From Mucilaginibacter sp. (GTDB lineage: Bacteria > Bacteroidota > Bacteroidia > Sphingobacteriales > Sphingobacteriaceae), in assembly GCF_041663085.1 (NCBI RefSeq), contig NZ_JBAZRC010000006.1:4586-68585 (forward strand): DNA of 64,000 nt. Reading direction: 5' to 3'. Positions 47,440-55,100 of the stretch are shown in pieces. Positions within the stretch are counted from its first letter, which is position 1, and the number at the start of each line of letters is the position of its first letter. Below the pieces are notes generated by a model, which saw only the letters and a list, made by a program, of their open reading frames with translations, did no database searches and was not told the origin of the DNA. A program made the translations under genes and the position numbers.

Positions 47440-48852
47440 ATGAAAAAAATACTCATCATAGATGATGAAGTTAATGTTGGATTGTTGCTATCAAAATTTT
47501 TGGTACGTAATGGTTTTGAGGTAAGCACGGCTGCAAATGGTGGCACAGGGATGGATTTTTTGAAAAAAACCGACTTCGACCTGGTACTGTGCGATTTTAG
47601 GCTGGAGGATACCGATGGCCGTGAGATGCTTAAAAACATCAAAGCGCTTTATCCAAAAACTGGCGTTATTATTATAACCGGCTACTCGGATATTAAGATG
47701 GCCGTTGAACTTATTAAGATGGGGGCTTATGATTATATTACCAAACCCCTATACCCCGACGAGATCCTGAACACCATTAACAAGGCTATTGAAACCCAGT
47801 ACGCCCTGCAGGAAATGGCCGCAAACGATTATACCACGCTTGATAAACCACCTAAAGAAGGTAAAAAGCAAATACTATCGGGCGAGTTTGTGGTAGGCAC
47901 CAGCCGGGCATCAAAAGAATTACTGAAACAGATTGAGCTGGTTGCACCAACCAACTACAGCGTTATTATACTGGGCGAAAGCGGTACGGGTAAAGAGTCG
48001 GTAGCTAAAAGCATCCACTTAAACAGCCCCCGCCATAACCAGCCCTTTGTAGCTATGGATTGCGGGTCGCTTACCAAAGAGCTGGCCGCAAGTGAGTTCT
48101 TCGGGCACGAGAAAGGATCTTTCACCGGGGCGTTATATACCAAGATAGGCCACTTTGAAATGGCTAACGGTGGCACTTTGTTTTTGGATGAGGTGGGTAA
48201 CCTATCGTACGAGATACAGGCCGCCTTGCTGCGTACTGTGCAGGAACGCAAGGTAAAACGCATAGGCAGTACAAAAGAGATTGACCTGGATGTGCGCATC
48301 ATTATAGCCACCAATGAGAATTTGCAGGATGGCATCTCAAAAGGCCGTTTCCGCGAAGATCTTTACCACAGGTTTAACGAGTTCAGTATTTACATGCCGC
48401 CCCTGCGCGAGCGTGGTAACGATATTATGATGCTGGCAGAGCATTTCCTGAAAATTGCCAATCACGAGCTTGACCGTAACGTAACCAGCTTTGCCCCCGA
48501 AGTAGTAGAGTGCTTTATGAACTACCGCTGGCAGGGCAACATCCGCGAGCTGAAGAACGTGGTACGCCGCGCTACTTTGCTTAGCGAGGGTAACGAAATA
48601 AGCATGAAAACGCTTCCGCTTGAGATCTCTAATTTTAAAGTGTCCTCATCGTTTGAGCCGGCAAATACTTCTGTTGCAAACGATGCTAAAGAGCCCAAAC
48701 ACGATTTGAAGAACGCCGCTCTTGGCGCCGAACACGAAACTATTTTAAAAGTGCTGCGCGAGGTTAACTTCAATAAAACCAAGGCCGCCGAGATCCTGAA
48801 CATCGACCGTAAAACGCTTTACAATAAAATGAAAGCCATCAACCTGAAATAA
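47440..48852 (+). CDS. sigma-54-dependent response regulator (REC-AAA+-Fis HTH, NtrC family)
   Basis: REC 'ILIIDDE..DLVLCDFRLED', Walker A 'GESGTGKE', GAFTGA-type loop 'EKGSFTGA', and C-terminal HTH 'NKTKAAEILNIDRKTLYNKMK'. Confidence 0.9.
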   Translation: MKKILIIDDEVNVGLLLSKFLVRNGFEVSTAANGGTGMDFLKKTDFDLVLCDFRLEDTDGREMLKNIKALYPKTGVIIITGYSDIKMAVELIKMGAYDYITKPLYPDEILNTINKAIETQYALQEMAANDYTTLDKPPKEGKKQILSGEFVVGTSRASKELLKQIELVAPTNYSVIILGESGTGKESVAKSIHLNSPRHNQPFVAMDCGSLTKELAASEFFGHEKGSFTGALYTKIGHFEMANGGTLFLDEVGNLSYEIQAALLRTVQERKVKRIGSTKEIDLDVRIIIATNENLQDGISKGRFREDLYHRFNEFSIYMPPLRERGNDIMMLAEHFLKIANHELDRNVTSFAPEVVECFMNYRWQGNIRELKNVVRRATLLSEGNEISMKTLPLEISNFKVSSSFEPANTSVANDAKEPKHDLKNAALGAEHETILKVLREVNFNKTKAAEILNIDRKTLYNKMKAINLK

Positions 48853-48854
48853 TT

Positions 48855-49064
48855 ATGGCGCACCATGATGCAACCAACCCGGCAAACAGCAAGGTTTTTG
48901 ATTTACTGAAGCACGATATCCGCAACCAGTTATCAAATATACAACTGGCTTTAGAAGGCCTTAAGTATGAGGTTGATGATTCAAAAGGCGATTTGAATTT
49001 ATACTTTGACAGCCTGGCACAATCGGCCAAAAAAATAGATAAGCTGCTGGATGGGTTTGAATAA
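48855..49064 (+). CDS. stand-alone DHp (HisKA-like) domain protein, 69 aa
   Basis: The ATG lies 2 nt after the regulator stop. H-box-like 'LLKHDIRNQLSNIQLALEGL', followed by a second helix 'LYFDSLAQSAKKIDKLLDGF'. There is no ATPase domain. A terminator follows. Confidence 0.55.
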   Translation: MAHHDATNPANSKVFDLLKHDIRNQLSNIQLALEGLKYEVDDSKGDLNLYFDSLAQSAKKIDKLLDGFE

Positions 49065-49076
49065 ATTTTATACAAA

Positions 49077-49103
49077 AGCGCCAAAACTTATTGGTGCTTT
49101 TTT
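49077..49103 (+). terminator. rho-independent terminator
   Basis: 8-bp stem agcgccaa/ttggtgct (one G-U pair) with a 6-nt loop and a T-run at 49098-49103. Confidence 0.6.
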
Positions 49104-49146
49104 GTTATATATTAGTATCACAATTTAGCTCTTCAAGGGGTAACCA

Positions 49147-50193
49147 ATGTCCATTTTTAATTATAAGCAGCGCAATAATATTATACTGGTAAGCATAGTT
49201 GTGCTTGGCTGTTTCTTACTGTATGCCTTAAGCGAGCTGTTCAGCTCTATACTGGGCGCCATCGTGCTGTTCACTATCTTCCGCCCGTTTTATTTGTATA
49301 TGGTAGAGCGGCGCCGGTTTAACAAGGCGCTTTCGGCGATGATCATAATTCTTATTTCGCTCGTCGTTATTGTTATCCCGTTCCTGTCGTTAAGTATTAT
49401 GGTGATAGGCAAAATATCAGGCATTAACCGCGAGGAACTTAATATTGATAAATGGACACAAAAAATTGACGCGTTTACCGGCGCCAACCTTAACCAGCCG
49501 CACTTTGCCGAAAACACCCTGCAAAAATTAGGGGCCTACGCCGCCGATCTTTTTCCATCAATATTAGGCAGCGCCGCCAACATTATACTTACCCTGCTTG
49601 TAATGTACTTTTTGCTGTACTTTATGTTTGTGCAGATGCGCGAGTTTGAAATAGGGTTGCTTAAATATGCGCCTTTCCGCGAGCAGCACGCTTTAAAGTT
49701 CGCCACCGAGCTGCGCAATTCTACCTACTCAAACGTACTGGGGCAGGGTATAATAGCATTAGTACAAGGCGCCTTACTGGCCAACGGTTTCTGGATCTTC
49801 CACATCCCCGACCCTATCTTTTGGGGCGTTATAGGCGCCTTTATATCGTTTTTGCCGGTAGTGGGCGCGCCAACCCTTTGCATTCCCGCCAGTATTATGC
49901 TTTATGCCAATGGCGAAAAGGTACAAGGCGTAATATTATTATTATACGGTATATTATTTATTGGCAATGTTGATAATGTGTTGCGCATGGTCATTAATCG
50001 CCGTATTGGCAATACCCACCCCATTATAACCGTTATAGGGGTATTTATTGGGTTACCGCTGTTTGGTATTCTTGGCTTGGTTTTTGGGCCTGTGTTGCTG
50101 TCATATTTTTTGCTATTATTGGAGATATATGAAACCAACCGCATGGCCGCCGACAGGTTGGAGCGTATACGAACCGGGCCCGAAACGCAATAA
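49147..50193 (+). CDS. AI-2E family transporter (PerM/UPF0118)
   Basis: 7-8 TM segments and a conserved C-terminal region 'NVDNVLRMVINRRIGNTHPIITVIGVFIGLPLFGILG'. Confidence 0.8.
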   Translation: MSIFNYKQRNNIILVSIVVLGCFLLYALSELFSSILGAIVLFTIFRPFYLYMVERRRFNKALSAMIIILISLVVIVIPFLSLSIMVIGKISGINREELNIDKWTQKIDAFTGANLNQPHFAENTLQKLGAYAADLFPSILGSAANIILTLLVMYFLLYFMFVQMREFEIGLLKYAPFREQHALKFATELRNSTYSNVLGQGIIALVQGALLANGFWIFHIPDPIFWGVIGAFISFLPVVGAPTLCIPASIMLYANGEKVQGVILLLYGILFIGNVDNVLRMVINRRIGNTHPIITVIGVFIGLPLFGILGLVFGPVLLSYFLLLLEIYETNRMAADRLERIRTGPETQ

Positions 50194-50259
50194 ACACACA
50201 AGAAATAAACTTATTTAATAATTATAAAAACAAATATTCAACTAATAAATTAATACAAT

Positions 50260-50526
50260 ATGAACGATAACACAAAAGTGGTTGTCGCGTTGCTGGCAGG
50301 ATTAGCGGCAGGAGCGGCATTAGGAATTTTATTTGCACCTGACAAAGGCACCGAAACACGCGACAAGCTTTCAGAATCATTAATTAACCTTGGCGATTCG
50401 ATAAAAGAAACAGCCGCTGCAGAAATTGATAAACTGGTTGGCTTAAAAGACAAAGTGGTTGATAATATAAAAACCAAAGTTAGAGGCGCCGAAGAAGAAT
50501 ACCAGGACGACCTTGAACACGCATAA
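50260..50526 (+). CDS. YtxH domain protein
   Basis: 'LLAGLAAGAALGILFAPDKGTETRDKL' is the YtxH signature. Confidence 0.8.
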   Translation: MNDNTKVVVALLAGLAAGAALGILFAPDKGTETRDKLSESLINLGDSIKETAAAEIDKLVGLKDKVVDNIKTKVRGAEEEYQDDLEHA

Positions 50527-50574
50527 TTTACCGTTGCAGGTATATATCAATTAACCCGCAACAAACTATAATAT

Positions 50575-50916
50575 ATGGAACCCGAAAAAGAAGAACCAAC
50601 ACGCCCGATTATTGACCAGCTAAAAGAGTATGCTGAAACACGCTTTAAACTCTTAAAATACGAAGTTATTGAGCGCAGTACGTCTATCATAGCCGATGTT
50701 ATAACCGATTTGGCCATTATAGTGGTATTGGTGTTAACCTTTTTATTCGCAAGTTTCACGCTGGCGTTATTCATGGCCGATGTTTTGCATTCATACTGGC
50801 AGGGTTTTGCATCAGTTACCGTTTTGTATGCACTTATTGCAACGATAATAGCATTTGCCAAGCGCAGTTTTGAAAGGCCAATTATAAACGCAATGGTCAG
50901 AAAATTTTTTAAATAA
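50575..50916 (+). CDS. holin-X/DUF1469-like small membrane protein
   Basis: 113 aa, with an amphipathic N-terminus 'LKEYAETRFKLLKYEV' followed by two TM helices. Confidence 0.55.
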   Translation: MEPEKEEPTRPIIDQLKEYAETRFKLLKYEVIERSTSIIADVITDLAIIVVLVLTFLFASFTLALFMADVLHSYWQGFASVTVLYALIATIIAFAKRSFERPIINAMVRKFFK

Positions 50917-50919
50917 CGT

Positions 50920-51375
50920 ATGGGAACACCTATCAGAAATATATTGGAGTTGCAGGGCGAAATTGGCCGCTTGAAAAATTTAGAAGCCCAGCAGGCTGTG
51001 GCCTTAAAAGCCCGGTTTAGCGGGCCATCGGCTATTTTTACAACAGTACTCTCGCTGTTCCCAAAATCGCCAACAGTTGACGGCATAAAAGGCGCAGGCT
51101 TTTTTAACCAGGACCTGTTAGGCCTTGTATCGAGGTTTGCGTTGCCGTTGGCCTTAAACAAAACATTGTTCAGGCATTCTAACTTCATTGTTAAAACACT
51201 GGTGGGCATATTGTCGCAAAAGGCATCGCATTACATCAGCGAAGACAATGTTAGTGGTATTTGGGGCAAGGCAAAGGGTTTGTTTAACAACCTTTTTAAA
51301 AAGAAAGATAAAAAAGATAAAGAAACCGGGATAGTGCTTGAAAAAGATGACGTACCGGCATATCAGCCATATTAA
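50920..51375 (+). CDS. hypothetical protein (third gene of YtxH cluster)
   Basis: The ORF starts 4 nt after the previous stop. It has a coiled N-terminus and a basic C-terminus, and I recognise no family. Confidence 0.5.
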   Translation: MGTPIRNILELQGEIGRLKNLEAQQAVALKARFSGPSAIFTTVLSLFPKSPTVDGIKGAGFFNQDLLGLVSRFALPLALNKTLFRHSNFIVKTLVGILSQKASHYISEDNVSGIWGKAKGLFNNLFKKKDKKDKETGIVLEKDDVPAYQPY

Positions 51376-51467
51376 AAATCTTAAAACCCTGTTGCGAAAC
51401 ACAGTTTTAATGGAGAAGGGATAGACCTACAGGGTTTATCCCTTTTTAGTTTAGCCGGGGTTTGGGT

Positions 51468-51650
51468 TTAACCACAGAGTTAGCAGAGGTTTTCACGCAG
51501 AGGCGCAGGGATTTTGCTATGATGTGCCTATTAAACTTATTTTCGATTCCCTCCCTGCACCCTCCCGCTGGGAAGAATCGCACATACCACCCCACATCAT
51601 AATCAAATTCTAAACCTCTGTGCACTCTGCGCTTTGCCCTCTGTGGTTAA
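51468..51650. repeat. MITE-like element of the 'ttaaccacagag' family with 12-bp perfect terminal inverted repeats
   Basis: Termini 'ttaaccacagag' (51468-51479) and 'ctctgtggttaa' (51639-51650). It has internal 'cagagg' words and a fragment of the CCCTCCC repeat. A solo right end is at 46426-46466. Confidence 0.75.
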
Positions 51651-51693
51651 AAAACATTCATGTTATCCGGCAAATACTTATTTTTGCATTTTT

Positions 51694-52341
51694 ATGGGAA
51701 AAGATAAGATTAGGCGCTTTGCCGAGATAGAAACATTCAGCAATGTTTTACAGTTAGATGCCGGGAAACCTTTTAAAGGCAACTGGGCTGCAGGTTTTTT
51801 TAAGAACAACAACCCTGTTGTATTAGAGCTGGCCTGCGGCAAAGGCGAATACACCGTTAACCTTGCGCAGATGTTTCCCGGTAAAAATTTTATCGGGATA
51901 GACTATAAGGGTAACCGCATTTGGCGCGGGGCAAAAACCGCGCTGGAAGAAGGCGTAAACAATGTGGCTTTTTTGCGGATGCAGATAGAGAACCTGGTTG
52001 ATTACTTTGCCCCCGGCGAGGTCGACGAGATCTGGATCACCTTCCCCGACCCGCAGCCGCAATTAAGCCGCGAAAAGAAACGCCTTACCTCGCCACGCTT
52101 TTTAGATATGTACCGCATTGTATTGAAACCCGGCGGCTACATGAACCTGAAAACCGATAACGACGGCCTGCACGCTTATACCGCCGAAAAGATAGCCGAA
52201 CTTAACCTGCAGCTTTTTGTTAAGACCGAAGACCTTTATCATTCTGAACATGCTGATGAGGTATTATCCATCAAAACCTATTATGAGAAAAAATACCTTC
52301 AGCATAATAAGAACATCAACTACCTTAAGTTCTCATTTTAA
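51694..52341 (+). CDS. trmB: tRNA (guanine46-N7)-methyltransferase
   Basis: 'LELACGKGEYT', 'FIGIDYKGNRIW' and 'DEIWITFPDPQ'. The ATG at 51694 is preferred; the track start lies inside the repeat. Confidence 0.9.
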   Translation: MGKDKIRRFAEIETFSNVLQLDAGKPFKGNWAAGFFKNNNPVVLELACGKGEYTVNLAQMFPGKNFIGIDYKGNRIWRGAKTALEEGVNNVAFLRMQIENLVDYFAPGEVDEIWITFPDPQPQLSREKKRLTSPRFLDMYRIVLKPGGYMNLKTDNDGLHAYTAEKIAELNLQLFVKTEDLYHSEHADEVLSIKTYYEKKYLQHNKNINYLKFSF

Positions 52342-52349
52342 CCACCGCC

Positions 52350-52682
52350 ATGCCCGACTATAACTTTTTCGACAACGTTTATGATGTGGTCAGGCAGATC
52401 CCTAAGGGCAGGGTAACATCCTATGGTGCTATAGCGGCTTACCTGGGCTCGAAGCAATCATCGCGCATAGTAGGTTACGCCATGATGGCTTGCGGCACTG
52501 CAAACCCACCCGTACCTGCACACCGGGTATTAAACAAACAGGGTTTACTAACCGGTAAATTCCATTTTGGGGGTGATACTATGGAGCAAATGCTGCAAAG
52601 CGAAGGTATTGAGGTTATAGATAACCAGGTGCAAAACTTTAAAGATATTTTTTGGGACCCGGCTATAGAATTGGCGCTTTAA
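52350..52682 (+). CDS. MGMT-family DNA-binding protein lacking the acceptor cysteine (alkyltransferase-like, ATL)
   Basis: 'IPKGRVTSYGAIAAYLG..SSRIVGYAM' followed by 'PVPAHRVLNKQG' where MGMT has PCHR. Confidence 0.8.
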   Translation: MPDYNFFDNVYDVVRQIPKGRVTSYGAIAAYLGSKQSSRIVGYAMMACGTANPPVPAHRVLNKQGLLTGKFHFGGDTMEQMLQSEGIEVIDNQVQNFKDIFWDPAIELAL

Positions 52683-53034
52683 CCCCATCGCGTTTTTTAC
52701 TGTAATCGGTAAATATTACCACTATTAGCCAAAATATCCCCAGGCCGGCAAAATATGGTTTGGTGCGCTCATCGTACTGAAAAAGCGTGAACGCGGCAAC
52801 CATCATCCCTAAACTAATGGCTAACTCTATAAACCGGTGCAGCTTTAAAGGCACCATCCTAAACATCCCCGAACTATAATCGGTAACAACCGTAAGTATT
52901 AACTGCGCTGTAGCCAGCAGGTAAACGTAAGTAGCCACATCTTTTTGCATGGCAAAAAACGTTGGCGACGTGTAAAGGAATATGATCAGTATATAATCGA
53001 TAATGCCGTGCAGCTTTGGCGAGATAAGTTTCAT
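52663..53034 (-). CDS. hypothetical 4-TM membrane protein
   Basis: The internal ATG at 53034 gives 'MKLISPKLHGIIDYILIIFLY..'. The longer track ORF would overlap the upstream gene. Confidence 0.5.
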   Translation of the reverse strand: MKLISPKLHGIIDYILIIFLYTSPTFFAMQKDVATYVYLLATAQLILTVVTDYSSGMFRMVPLKLHRFIELAISLGMMVAAFTLFQYDERTKPYFAGLGIFWLIVVIFTDYSKKRDGVKAPIL

Positions 53035-53089
53035 GCGGTTTAAAATTTTTACTACATACACAGAAATCAAGCCAACGATTTTGCAGCGC

Positions 53090-53452
53090 TTAGATAAGTT
53101 GCAACAACTCCATTCGGTTACCAAACGGGTCTATAAAGGCAAAGCGGCGGCGGCCGGGGATAACAGGCTCTTCTACTATCTCCACATTATTATCTTCCAG
53201 GTGTTTGCGGGCAGCATCCACGTCGGCAACCTCCATGGCGGTATGGCGGATGCTTCGGGGCAACGCGGGCTCAACACCAATATGCAGCTGTAAATCGCCA
53301 ATGTTTAGCCAATACCCGGCGGATGAGAAAAGATGGTCAAGCCGGTCAATCAGTTCCAGCCCGAGTACTTTTGTATAAAACGCTTTTGCTTCCTCCAGCC
53401 TTTCGGGCGGTACGCAAACATGAAAATGGTCTGCTCGTTTAAAAGTGATCAT
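53090..53452 (-). CDS. VOC/glyoxalase-family protein
   Basis: 'DHFHVCVP..AKAFYTKVLGLE' and 'HTAMEV..' in a paired beta-alpha-beta-beta-beta layout. Confidence 0.8.
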   Translation of the reverse strand: MITFKRADHFHVCVPPERLEEAKAFYTKVLGLELIDRLDHLFSSAGYWLNIGDLQLHIGVEPALPRSIRHTAMEVADVDAARKHLEDNNVEIVEEPVIPGRRRFAFIDPFGNRMELLQLI

Positions 53453-53826
53453 TCGTGCTCGGCAAAAGTTAACACGTAGTTGTTATTATCCAATATAGAA
53501 AATTCGGTAGCGCCGTAAAACGTTTTCTCAAGGCCTTTAAGCACCGTAACCTTATCTTTTATCCCCTCAAAAAAACTTTGGATGTTTGTAAGGTTGATAT
53601 ATAGCAACAGCGAGCCGCCATCGGTACGGTTTATCTCCGGCAGGTCATCAGCCAGGCTCTCAAACGTCTGGAACATCAGGGTAACCTTACCATTGCTCAT
53701 CATCACCCAAACCAGGTCATCGCCGGTTTCGGGTACGCTCATGGTTATTTCAAAGCCTAATATCCTGTAAAAAGATACCGTGGCTTTCATATCGCTGACA
53801 AAAATATTGGGGGATATACTTTCCAT
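53449..53826 (-). CDS. VOC/glyoxalase/bleomycin-resistance family protein
   Basis: 'IFVSDMKATVSFYRILGFE' and 'FYGATEFSILDNNNYVLTFAE'. It overlaps the next gene by 4 nt (ATGA). Confidence 0.8.
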   Translation of the reverse strand: MESISPNIFVSDMKATVSFYRILGFEITMSVPETGDDLVWVMMSNGKVTLMFQTFESLADDLPEINRTDGGSLLLYINLTNIQSFFEGIKDKVTVLKGLEKTFYGATEFSILDNNNYVLTFAEHE

Positions 53827-53962
53827 TTTGATTTTAATTGTACGGTAAATTTAGGATAAATCGGGCTGTATGAAAATAAACATTTATACCTTTAAAAATA
53901 ATACGCCTGTGATTGGAATCACTAATTCACTAATTAAATAACTCACTAAATAAATACTCCCC

Positions 53963-54307
53963 ATGGGACAATTAATAAACGACTTTGAAGCCTATCGTAC
54001 CAAAATGAACGACAGGATAATGGAAACCGCCAACACTAACATTAAACGCTTTTTCGCGCTGGATACCACTACCTATGCCGATGGGGCGCTGGATGTTAAG
54101 ACCAAAGAAATGCTGGGCCTGGTAGCCTCGATGGTTTTACGCTGCGACGATTGCATTAAATACCACCTGGGCAAATGCCACGAAGCCGGCGTAAAGCACG
54201 ACGAAATGAACGAGGTATTCATGATAGCCAACCTTGTCGGCGGCTCAATCGTGATCCCGCATTATCGTAGGGCGGTGGAGTATTGGGATGAATTGAACGG
54301 GTTATAA
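53963..54307 (+). CDS. carboxymuconolactone decarboxylase (AhpD-like) family protein
   Basis: 'LDVKTKEMLGLVASMVLRCDDCIKYHL' carries the CxxC of AhpD-like proteins. Confidence 0.8.
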   Translation: MGQLINDFEAYRTKMNDRIMETANTNIKRFFALDTTTYADGALDVKTKEMLGLVASMVLRCDDCIKYHLGKCHEAGVKHDEMNEVFMIANLVGGSIVIPHYRRAVEYWDELNGL

Positions 54308-54317
54308 TTCCCCGCGC

Positions 54318-54410
54318 GTCATTGCGAGGTACGAAGCAATCTCTTTAGGACAATTGTACACCTTGCATAAACGAATAGCTTAAAGAGATTGCTTCGTACC
54401 TCGCAATAAC
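54318..54410. repeat. 'gtcattgcgaggtacgaagcaatctc' palindromic element
   Basis: Arms 'gtcattgcgaggtacgaagcaatctc' and 'gagattgcttcgtacctcgcaataac' with one mismatch. Confidence 0.85.
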
Positions 54411-54434
54411 GGACTTTAATAAAAAAACCATAAT

Positions 54435-54986
54435 ATGCCAACTAAACTAACCCGTTGCCGCTGGTGCGGAACCGACCCGCTTTACATGGAATACCACGAT
54501 AAGGAATGGGGTAAAACCACGCATGATGACAAGGTATTATTCGAGTTTTTAACACTGGAAGCTGCACAGGCTGGCTTAAGCTGGATAACCATTTTGCGCA
54601 GGCGCGATAATTACCGCAAAGCCTTTGCCGGGTTTGATGTGCAAAAGGTGGCAAAGTTTGATGACAATGATAAGGAGCGCTTGCTGAACGATGCGGGCAT
54701 CATCCGCAACCGTTTAAAGATCAACTCGGCCATTAATAATGCAAAGCTGTTTATCGACGTGCAAAAGGAGTTTGGCTCGTTTAATAACTACCTGTACAGC
54801 TTTATGCCCGGTGGTAAACCTATTACCATTTACACCGGCCCGCACGTAAGCACGCCCGAATCTGACGCGATAAGCAAGGACATGAAAAAGCGGGGCTTTA
54901 AATTTTTCGGCACCACCATTTGCTACGCCCACATGCAGGCTACAGGTATGGTTAATGACCATGTGCCGGAGTGCAGTTTCAGGTGA
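54435..54986 (+). CDS. tag: DNA-3-methyladenine glycosylase I
   Basis: Zinc-snap 'CRWC', 'YHDKEWG', 'LEAAQAGLSW' and C-terminal 'H..C'. Confidence 0.9.
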   Translation: MPTKLTRCRWCGTDPLYMEYHDKEWGKTTHDDKVLFEFLTLEAAQAGLSWITILRRRDNYRKAFAGFDVQKVAKFDDNDKERLLNDAGIIRNRLKINSAINNAKLFIDVQKEFGSFNNYLYSFMPGGKPITIYTGPHVSTPESDAISKDMKKRGFKFFGTTICYAHMQATGMVNDHVPECSFR

Positions 54987-55100
54987 TGGCACTGATTTAA
55001 AAATGATTTCACCGATTGACTACTCAACATAAATCGTATTTTTGAAATCATAGTTCAATCTGTGAAATCACACCAGTATCGGTGTAATCTCAAAAATATT

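Noticed and set aside
49091-49106. 'TGGTGCttttttGTT' as a sigma-54 (-24/-12) promoter for the AI-2E transporter downstream of the sigma-54 activator
   Set aside because: The GG-N10-GC spacing is not satisfied (G13/T14 where GC is required). The sequence is better explained as the descending arm and T-run of the terminator at 49077-49103.
34601-54410. Recurrent 'gtcattgcgagg...' repeats as a CRISPR array
   Set aside because: The copies are kilobases apart in separate intergenic regions. Each is an internal palindrome of about 93 bp rather than a 25-40 bp direct repeat with regular spacers. No cas genes are present.
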